From the NCBI RefSeq assembly GCF_001194135.2, contig NC_068983.1:31879858-31943857 (forward strand): DNA of 64,000 bases, in the 5' to 3' direction. Below the pieces are notes generated by a model, which worked only from the letters and a program-made list of their open reading frames with translations, was not told the origin of the DNA and searched no databases. This stretch comes from Octopus bimaculoides. Lineage: Eukaryota. This document shows, in pieces, positions 51,486 through 61,170 of the stretch. Within the stretch, counting starts at the first letter, position 1. The number at the start of each line of letters is the position of its first letter. Both the position numbers and the translations under genes were made by a program.

Positions 51486-51495
<10 letters not shown>
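51042..51495. repeat. Perfect 41-bp inverted repeat (51042-51082 / 51455-51495) spanning a 189-N gap and a hammerhead
   Basis: tatattataaggtttttaaacttttaaattttcatattcaa is the exact reverse complement of 51455-51495; the left arm runs directly into the gap. Confidence 0.85.
51330..51415 (+). ncRNA. Type I hammerhead ribozyme motif, complete core
   Basis: Helix I ACCACUC/GAGUGGU (7 bp); core CUGAAGA 51337-43; helix II GUGCCAAA/UUUGGCAC (8 bp); GAAA 51395-8; palindromic helix III A-UGUUAACA-U; cleavage triplet AUA, predicted cut after 51408. Confidence 0.8.
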
Positions 51496-51523
<28 letters not shown>

Positions 51524-51806
51524 TAGGTGAGATTCGGGTAATCCTTATAGAATGTTATTCAAAGCTTGTCCAGTTTTTGGCTACCTGTTGTCATCATACA
51601 GTAGAGACACACATGCTGCTTGATATACTTCAGGAATTCCATAATGTTCCAAGAATTTATGTAAATAGATCAAAGACAGAAAATAGAATTAACAAGATTC
51701 TTTTCCATTTTCTTTCTTTGATATATATGTATATGTAACATATGGTATAATTATAAACAGGGAAAATGTTAGCTATTTCTCCGCAGACTGAAAAAAATGA
51801 TAAACA

Positions 51807-51849
51807 ACCTTAATCAATTTTTGAACCTTATTGGGTTCTTATCAGAGGT
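51807..51849 (-). ncRNA. Decayed hammerhead motif, paralog of 52112-52154
   Basis: ACCU-CUGAUAA-GAACC-CAAUAA-GGUUC-AAAA-AUUGAU-UA-AGGU: helices I and II intact, G8 and G12 mutated to A. Confidence 0.5.
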
Positions 51850-52111
51850 GTCCACAGCATTTTAACAATCTCCAGAGAAACAAGCAGCCAAACTGTTTAT
51901 ATACTCAACAAATGCAGCAGTTACTCTATGAAGGACCCCCTAATTTGCATACCGAAAGTGTTTAACACTATAAACACCAGCAGCCTGTCAACGGGATTCT
52001 TAGTCCACACAGTATCAAAGTATGATATGATATATACATAACATATAGGTATAATTATAAACAGGGAAAATTTTAGCCATTTCTCTGCAGACTGAAAAAA
52101 AATGATGAACA

Positions 52112-52154
52112 ACTTTAATTGATTTTCGAACCTTATTGGGTTCTCATCAGAGGC
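52112..52154 (-). ncRNA. Minimal type I hammerhead motif, core intact, helices I/III damaged
   Basis: GCCU-CUGAUGA-GAACC-CAAUAA-GGUUC-GAAA-AUCAAU-UA-AAGU: perfect 5-bp helix II with canonical G10.1-C11.1. The paralog-derived consensus restores AUCGAU helix III and ACCU/AGGU helix I. Confidence 0.6.
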
Positions 52155-53255
52155 GTCCACTAGGAACTTCCCCCGACCCGCGTCCATTGGACAGTGTAAG
52201 TTCGTGATAGGACTGGAGTCTAAAATAATGTAATTCTGCTTCTGTCTGTGATGCTCTGACAACTGCAGTAGAAGCAGCATTGTGAGTACGCCCAAGTTCT
52301 GCTTGTTGAGCTGTCTGTGATGCTCTGGCAGATGAAGTAGAAGAAGCAGCAATGTGAGCATGCCAAAGCACATGTTCTTCTGTCTCGCTTGCCTGCAAGG
52401 AATGCAAAACTGAAGCATTTTTTGTTTTTCTGCCAATGAGACTCTTGCTTTTTCGAGGCATCCTATTGAAAATATGTAATTGAATGAATCTTTAAAAAAT
52501 TCAATTAAATTTACCTCATTGCTGTTCGCATTCACTAAATATGGTATTTCAACACAAAAAATTCCCACAACACTAAAGCACACAGTTATTTGCAATGGTA
52601 TTGTAAGTTCCAAATGGCATATGGATGCGGACAGTTGCAAATGAGCATTCACATGTGGACAAAATGTATTTCGAGAAAATCAATATTCTATCAACCAAAA
52701 ATGCAATTGTGATAAAATGTAAACGATCAATGCAAACACCAGTGCACTGACAGGTGGCAGAAGGTAAAAGGTATTTCTAAGAAATATCACACTTGTGTGA
52801 AATTTAAATAAAAAGAATGTGCAAATTGAAATGGTTTCTAGGACTTCTCTGAAAATGAAAGACACTCAAAACCAGACTTCCTTTGGGAAAAAAAGGATGT
52901 TAGCATTAAAATTACCTTATATTAATTTGGAAGTAATGAAAATTCTTTATAAATAAAGTTATTTAAGTCCACATGACCGAGAAACTTCAAATGGTTCGGC
53001 AACATGTGATGTTGACCGATAAAGAAGCAAACTTTGTGGATGAATAAGCTACCAGAACCAACCAAATAGTGCTTTTTTTTAGAAGGTAACCGATGTAAAA
53101 TTTGCAAAAATGATAAGAAGAATTTGCCAAAATATCATTCAGTTATGCTAGCGAAGTTTTTAATCGGATTTGAATTTCTTCAAAATTAAAAAAAAAAAAT
53201 TTAAGGGAGGTAACTGCAATATCCACGTGCAATGATTATCTCCCTTCTTCTAATA
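52147..53255 (-). mobile_element. Helitron-like remnant with N-terminal ORF fragment (MPRKSKSLIGRKTKNA..., RASQT repeats)
   Basis: ORF 52147-52461 resembles the basic MPR-start plus repeated A-S-[EQ]-T motif (STPR-like) N-terminus of Helitron proteins; acceptor ttttcaatAG precedes the ATG; CTAG followed by T at 52160-3; imperfect hairpin 53203-53246. No Rep/helicase motifs remain; 5' end uncertain. Confidence 0.5.
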
Positions 53256-54000
53256 ACTGACGTCAAGAAAGAAATGTTGGAAAATATAAACCGTAAAAGA
53301 GAAGGGAAAACAGATACGAGTAATAGTAACACAGGAAAATGTTCTAAATGGTACTTTTAGTTTTGCATTCCTTCAGATTTCCTAACATATTAAAAAGACT
53401 AAGAAAATAAACTTCGAAAGATAACGTCTTTCCTAATAGCTCTCCGCGTCCATTCAGGATATTTTCCTGTTGTTGCTCATACATATTTCTATGCTTTAAA
53501 AAAGATCCTGGATCGGGAAGGTAGCTGGAACACCCTGGAGAGGGATCATACACATCAATATTTTTTTTATTAAACACATTTACTTAGTACATATATATTT
53601 GCTTGCACAATGGGTACATTTATACCACCTCACCTCTGCAGAAGGGATACCACTCAAAAGCAGCACCATCGTATTAGGAACAAATATATTCTCACGGTCT
53701 CGAAACAACTGACGCAACACCCTTCACTTCAAGATTAAATTCAAGAAAATCTTTCTATAAAATTTACGAATTTATCTTGAAAGATTCAAAAAAAAATTTA
53801 ATATTGGGGAGAAATGAACCTTTAAAAAACGACAGGAAAAAACACTCTCCAAGTGGTAGGGATCTGGTTGAGGACCTCACTGAATCAGTACTTGGTCTTT
53901 ATCGTCTAACTAGAAAGCCGGATGAGATCAGAATAGTGGTTAATTTTCATCGATGAGGATATCGTGAATCCTCGACATATCAGGTATTCACATGAGACAG
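53220..54000. promoter_or_regulatory. CpG-enriched putative promoter region, possibly bidirectional
   Basis: CpGs visibly denser than in the depleted background; TGACGTCA at 53258, TGACGCAA at 53710; divergent splice signals (- donor 53633 and acceptor 53535; + donor 53984). Confidence 0.4.
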
Positions 54001-54199
54001 ATCCCCTTGTATTGCACAGTAGGGCCTTTTCTATTTTGGTGGCATATGAAACAATCCATTTAACTGGCGAGACATCCATCTATAATTGAATTTGAATGCT
54101 TGAGAGAGAGAGAGAGAGAAAGAGAACGTAACAGTAATAGATGAAGGGGGGGATAATCATTCTACCACTGCAGTTTCAATTAGGTCTCTTGAATCACCA

Positions 54200-54680
54200 C
54201 CTCACTTTCATCGCAACATAATGATACTCTTCCAAAAGTCTTCACCAGATGGATAGGTACAGGGGTCTGTTCTGAGTTAAGGAGACAGTATTGGCAGTAC
54301 CCTACCATGGCATAAATTTAAGATACATCTAATCTAAGGTCATTTTATTTTTTTTCCAACCAAGAAGGCTAAAACTCTGTCACTTTCATAAATTGGCCTC
54401 TGTAGTAGCTTGTTTTTTGAGTATCTCCTTTGACCTCATAGCAGCTGATTCTGCAACACCTATCATTAGGCATAACATGACCCTGTTTTACCTGATCTAT
54501 GATGCAAGTAACCAGTACGAGCACTATTTGCAAGTTATTTTCAGTATCTCAGTAACTATCATCGTTGGCCCAGCTGCTTTCCCTGCCTTCATATCCTTAA
54601 TCACATTTTCGACTGTACAACCATTATCCTCTGTAAAATTAATTTGGTGTAAGTTATTTTCCACACGTCTCATTCAGTAA
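54200..54680 (-). mobile_element. Old RTE-like RT N-terminal remnant
   Basis: Minus-strand GKAAGPTMIVTEILK resembles the GKA.GPD.I..E..K motif preceding RT domain 1. Confidence 0.55.
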
Positions 54681-56379
54681 CTTCATGTAGTAACATTTAC
54701 AAGCTTCTTTTGGGGGAGAGGGTCAGTCGATTAGATCGATTCCAGTACGTAACTGGTACTTGATTTATCGACCTTGAAAGGATGAAAAGCAAAGTCGACC
54801 TTGGTGGAATTTGAACTCAGAACATAAAGACAGACGAAATACCCCTAAGCCTTTTGCTTGGCACACTAACGGTTCTGCCAGCTCACTGCCTTTTATAAGC
54901 CTCTTTCTGTTCAACATCAGTGATGGTATGTGTGCTACTGTCTCTCTCAGCAACATCTTGATTCACATTCACACACTGTTTTGCAATCTGAAACATTGTA
55001 TGCTTCTATCCACTCATTGCAGAACATTGACAAAATCTCTTAGCTTGTCTCTGTGCTACATTTACCTGATGTCTATCTTTTCTTATAGCTAAATGATACT
55101 ATTCCCTGTTTCACCTTTCTTCCAAGTATTTCAACTCATGTCACCTATCTGAACTGTACATTGCTCTATCCACACTTCTGGTCTGTAGCTCATAACAGGT
55201 TGTCTTTTACAAGCTCTCACCATGATTATTGTGTCTCTGTATATTGCTGAAAAGCCAATTATCAAACCCTAATTTCCTTAAGGATCACTGAATCATTTCA
55301 AGTGGCATTTGTTAACCTAGAGAAGGCCTTCTCTAGGTTAACAAATGCCAGCTATAAGGGCTCATTCCTGGTTAGGTACTTCTCCTGTGCTTATCTAAAT
55401 AAGAAGGTAGCATCAATAGTACTTTTATCTGGCACAAAGCCAAACTGCCTCTTATCTAAGTTCATTATCTTTCTAATCAATTAATGTGTGAGTGTGTGTG
55501 TGATATGTAGGCATGGTTAAATTGTTAAGAAATTCACAATCAAGTTCCATGGGTTTGATTCCATTGCCCAACACATTGATTAAATCCTCTAGTGAGGTTC
55601 TGGTTGGCCTAAGCAGTGAGTGAAACTGGGTTGATTGTAACTGTGCAGAAGTCTGTAAGATAAGTCAAAGAAGCCAGCCCTTCCTGTGATGCAGTACCAA
55701 ACTGATTTCTGCAAGCAGATTATATCAAGGATACATGTGTCTGTAAAATACACAGCCATATACACCATAATACAATGAGTAGATAATTCCATTCATTGAA
55801 CAATGAACATCATCAAAATTAACACATCATTCCTCATCACTATATGTGTCAGAGAGAGAGAGAGAAAGGGAGGGAGAGAAATATATTAATAATATGAAAT
55901 CAATATGTACCCTTCCTATTCAAACTTGTAAAGAAAAGGTCTTGCAGCTGATCAAATCAATAGAATTCTGCTGGACAACTGGAAAGTCTTGTTTAAAACA
56001 ATCCTATTACCACCAAAGCAAAGAAAATATTTCCCATGGTATAAATAGATGAATATAATGACTGCATTTGACTAATTATTATCCAATAAGTAGAGCAGCA
56101 GTCAACATTAAATAAATGTTTAGAAGCTACCTTACATATGAGGATATGTGGTACTGACATTTATAGATATGAATTTCCAAAGTATAACAAAGTTGGTTAA
56201 GAGATGAAAACCTCATGAATATCATAGATGCATAAAGTATTCATTTTTTTATGTGATTAGATGTTTAAAGTCTTTTCTAGACAAAGTGGTTCACAAACAT
56301 GCAGTTTCCTATCATCTTTCTCCTCTCTCACTCACTCTAACTTTTTTTTTACTGGCTTGATCTGAAGGAACAGGCTGAA

Positions 56380-56900
56380 CCCATAGCTTTTGAAGATTTT
56401 TCTGAGACTGGTGAAATCAACTCCATTAACATTCATCTTGATGAGGTGTGGCTCAACAGCTGCAGTGGAAATATGTGCAAGGACAGTTCCTGAAAGCCAA
56501 TGTTCTGAGAATGAAGAACCAAGCTTAAATATTAATGTAGAGCTGTGTTTGGTGGACACATTGTGGGTGATGAGAAGAGGAGAGATGAATCAAAAGTGTA
56601 TGAGTAGAAGTGGCAGAAGACTGGACAGCTCCTCAGAGGAGAGGCCAGAAAGATGAGACAATACATCTGGAATATGTTGGAGAATGACTTCATGACAATC
56701 AGTCAAGTGGATGTAATCTAAACTATAAATATTGAAGCAGTGTAGATGTGAAAGAAATATTCTGGCCTTTTCTGAACTTCAATGTAGGTTAAAGTATGTT
56801 CTGACTCTGAAAAGGAAGACCAATTTTGGTGATTCATTTTTGGCTATATAAAGGATGTACATCTGCCAAGAGTATTCCTCAGTGATGGTGAAGCCTAGGA
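56380..56900 (-). mobile_element. CR1/L2-like LINE 3' remnant
   Basis: Minus-strand LGFTITEEYSWQMYI (LG.ti...lsW..HI motif) and later EELSSLLPL. Confidence 0.55.
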
Positions 56901-57230
56901 TTTGTAGTAACTTTCAAGGTTTTTCAATGTTATCTATGTTCTTTTTTTTCCCTCCTATACCAACATACATATGATGAAACTGAATATAAACTATGTCAAT
57001 GTCACTAATCTCGGAAGGGCTGTAAAAATCATGGGCACATTCCATCTTCCTGATTAATACATAAAAAAAAACTGGAACAAATATTCCTAAAGAGTATGAA
57101 TCAATTAGTTTCCTCTTGCCTTTTGAATAAGCATCCTTATCTATGCATACATAGTTTATTTAAGCTACTCTAGAGATTTATTACTTTGGGTGTTTACAAG
57201 TGTGCAGCTGCTTCTTCAAATAAGTCAATA

Positions 57231-57391
57231 TTGGCATTAGGAAGGGCATCCAGCTGTAGAAACTCTGCCAAATTAGATTGGAGCCTGGTGTTGCCATCCG
57301 GTTTCACCAGTCCTCAGTTAAATCGTCCAACCCATGCTAGCATGGAAAGCGGACGTTAAACAATGATGATGATGATGATGATGATGATGAT
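57231..57391 (+). mobile_element. RTE 3'-tail fragment
   Basis: Tail consensus plus (gat)n. Confidence 0.85.
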
Positions 57392-60198
57392 CGGCTCTTT
57401 CATGAGGTTCAGCATCTGGTTATCAGTTTTCATCACTTCTGCCATGTTTTCTCAATTTTCCTTTTGCATAGATTTCTTTCACTTGAATCTTTTAGCATTT
57501 TGATATACAACTGTCCTCCCTTGTTAGTGCTGTCATTTTTCCTGCACACTACATTTGATTCTTCTTACACCCAGTTTTATCCTCAGCTCATTTGTTCTAT
57601 CATTCATACATACTAACATAGCATCTCCAGCAAACCATTCTCACTTAATTTCTTTGCAGTCTCTGCACATCCTGTGTATTCAATGCCCAAAATTTTACTA
57701 CCATTCAACACTTCATTTACAAGCACCATAGAATATACTCTTCAGTTGAAGAAAGAATTCCTTTGCTGTTGGCAAAGGTAACAACTCCCTGAACTTTTTG
57801 ATTCTGTTCTTACTGTCATTATTGTATTTTCAAAATACCCACATCATTTAGTCCACCTACATTGTATAGAGTCTTTGGAGCAATAGAAGGAATTTATTTC
57901 ATGATGCTTTTATTGCTGACATCTCTAATGTATTTACTACACACAAAGTGTTCTTTCTCTGACAGCATGCCTATGATTCCATTACATATTGTACATCTAT
58001 AATTGAGAAATTTCTACTAACATTCATATGGCAGTAGAGACTTATCTTTCAGTTGTTTTGGGTCAAAGAGTCTGCATAGGTTATGAACATAGTAACTTGG
58101 GTCAATGATTGGCTAAAACCTTTGATGGTAATGTCCTGATACTAATAATTGGAACCAGAATAACTTAATGAAAGCATTGCTCAATGTACACTTCTAGTGA
58201 TGTAAAGAAAGAGAAGGGAACCTCTTGCAGTATTCAAATTTGAAACTGCCTGCTGACAAAGTCTCTAAATGCTCAATATGGCAAAAAGTATTGTGTTAAA
58301 AAACCAAAACAGTAATTTTATGTAAGTTGACATGTCTGAATTCATGTATTTAAAGAAACATTATTTTTCTCAACAAGCATAGATCCCCCAACAGACAACA
58401 GATTTTATGCATTAACAATTTACCTTTGGTTCTAAAAAGGTACTGTTGTGAGACCAATTTCCAATGGGTGAAATACTGTTAAGCATTTTGCCTGGTGTGC
58501 TAATGTTTCTGCCAGTTCACTGCCTTTCCATTATTGTATATTGAAAACATTTGAATTATATAGACTTGTCACATTAACCAGTAATGATTGGTTAACATAC
58601 CTATCATGTGAGTGTTTGGATATATGTTGAGTCCTGTGTTGTGATTGGTTGAGTGTTGCACAGGAATTGGAATAAAGGTCCAATCACATTGTGTGTAACA
58701 TATTTCAAACAATTAATCCTGTATATGTTCTGGAGCTTCCTTTTTTCCATAAATTGGTGCAACAAATTATTTATGAGTCAGATGGCTGAGAGTTTTTCAT
58801 CAAGGTAAGTTAAATTGATAGAGCCCATGTAAAACAATAATGACCCAAGCTGAATTATCAAAATGATGGATGAACCACAACAGAATTTGTAATGTCCCAT
58901 TGTTATTTTAAAGTTGTTTTTTTTTTTGGTTACTTCTATGAATGAACATGCAAAATATATTATACAATGATATATATGATTCTTTATCAAAACCAAGGGA
59001 GATTTTACCCAACAGAAAAGTACCATGACCCTGGCATAAATCAATGGTAAATTGTGGAAGAAATTAAAATAATTGAAGCTGATAAACATTTAATTGAATG
59101 ATTTTTTAGCCATAAAACAATTATAAAATAAATACAGAAAATACTTTTTTGTAAATGAGTATAAGAGCAAGTGTGCAATAGGTGAGCAAAAATTGTTTTA
59201 ACTAATTTGATAATAAAAATGCAACAGAATTAACTTAAATGTTAATTCTGCAAAAGTGAAATCAGTAAATTAGAATTAAATTAAATAATAAATATAACAG
59301 TAACAAGAGACAAGAGAAAGTAAAAACTACTTCTAAAACAGGCACAAAACCTGGAATTTGGAGAAGGTGGAGGTAAGTCAATTAAATCAATTCTTTTCTA
59401 CTCTAGGCACAAGGCCCGAAATTTTGGGGGAGGGGGCCAATTGATTAGATTGACCCCAGTACACAACTGGTACTTAATTTATTGACTCAAAGGATGAAAG
59501 ACAAAGGTGACCTTGGTGGAATTTGAACTTAGAACGTAAAGACAGACGAAATACTGCTAAGCATTTTGCCCAGCGTGCTAATGTTTCTGCCAGCTCGCTG
59601 CCTTTCCATTATTGTATATTGACTGGTACTTTTATCAACATTGGAGGGATGAAAGGAGAGTTGACTTTGGTGAGATTTGAACCCAAAACATAATGAAACA
59701 AGAGAAATACGAAGTATTTTATCTAACACTTTAACAATTTACTGACCAAAGAAAGAAAAAAAGTATTAATAATGATTTATTACATTAGTACAGTCTCAGC
59801 TTAAGAGGAAGGGTACAATCAATTGATTCTACTTCAGTATTCTGGTATTTGGTTTTCTACACTCAGAGCATAACAGAATATAGCTACACACCACTAAGCA
59901 TTTAGCCTGGCAGTCAACCATGACACCAACTTAATAATAGTTGGCTTTGAATGTGTGTTTGTTTGTTTTTGCTAGGTACTAAATATTTATCTTTTACTGT
60001 TTCAGTAATTAAACTGCAGCCATGCTGGAGCATTGTCTTGAAAGTTAAACAAATCGACCCCAGTACTTATTTTTATTATTATTTTGTGAAGCCTGGAAAT
60101 TTATTCTATCAGTCAGTTTTGCCGAACCACTAAGTTACAGAATGTAAACACACAAGCACTAGTTGTCAAGCAATGGTGGGGGAACAACACAGACACAA

Positions 60199-60237
<39 letters not shown>

Positions 60238-60438
60238 ATTTGTTTCAGTAAATTGATTGTGGCCATGCTGGAGCACCGCCTTTAGTCGAACAAATCGACC
60301 CCAGTACTTATTCTTTGTAAGCCTAGTACTTATTCTATAGGTCTAACCCAAACCGCTAAGTTATGGGGATGTAAACACACCAGCATCGGTTGTCAAATGA
60401 TGGTGAGGGGACAAACACAGACACGCAAACACACACAT

Positions 60439-61170
60439 ATCATCATCATCATCATTGATTAACATCCGTTTTCCATGCTGGCATGGGTTGGATGGTTTGA
60501 CTGAAGTCTGGAGACCCAGCGGCTGCACCAGGTTCCAATCTGGTCAGGCAGAGTTTCCACAGCTGGATGCCCTTCCTAACGCCAACAACTCCGAGAGTGT
60601 AGTGGGTACACGATTCTTTAAATACATGAATTCAGACATGTTAACTTACATAAAATTACTGTTTTGGTTTTTAACACAATACTTTTTGCCATCATTTGGT
60701 GCTTTTTATGTAGCAGTGGCACCAGAGCCAGTCAGGCAGACCTGGCTTCGACCACGTTCAGATAGTGTTTTTTAAGTGCCATCAGCATGGGAGCCAGTCA
60801 GGGAGCACCAGCTCCAGCTCAGATATTGGTTTTATTTGACTCAACAGGTCTTCTCAAGCATATCATATTGCCCGATGCATCAGGAGTATTCTTAACAGGG
60901 CTGGACATGCGTGGCTGCAATCTCAGTTTAGTTTCTGGATCTTCTCAATCACAGAATATCTTCAAAGGTCCTGGTCTCCTGTCATTGCCTCTGTGAGGCC
61001 CAATGTTCAAAGGTCATGCTTCACCACCTCATCCCATGTCTTCCTGGGTCTACCTCTTCCACGAGTTCTTTCTACAGTTAGGGAGTGGTGGCACTTCCTC
61101 ACACAGCTGTCTTCATTCTTCTGTAACACATGACCATACCAGCACAGTCGCCTCTCTTGCACACTACATT
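60439..61170 (-). mobile_element. RTE tail and 3' UTR/ORF2-end fragments, interrupted
   Basis: 60439-60608 tail; 60820-61170 aligns to 42420-42640. Confidence 0.75.

Larger units (their letters stand above)
51722..52159 (-). repeat. Direct repeat pair of ~135 bp (51722-51855 and 52029-52159), spacing 305 bp, each carrying a hammerhead motif
   Basis: Direct alignment: ataattataaacagggaaaat...cagactgaaaaaaa...gaaccttattgggttct..atcagagg.gtccac in both copies. Confidence 0.9.

Noticed and set aside
51921-52652. 243-aa minus-strand ORF
   Set aside because: Alternative frame over the Helitron-like ORF and repeats; no recognisable protein.
56440-56460. 19/20-nt match to 9817-9836 (both encode AAVEPHL on -)
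   Set aside because: A single 20-mer with one mismatch is plausible by chance in 64 kb; flanks do not align and the 56.4-kb copy is in a LINE remnant.
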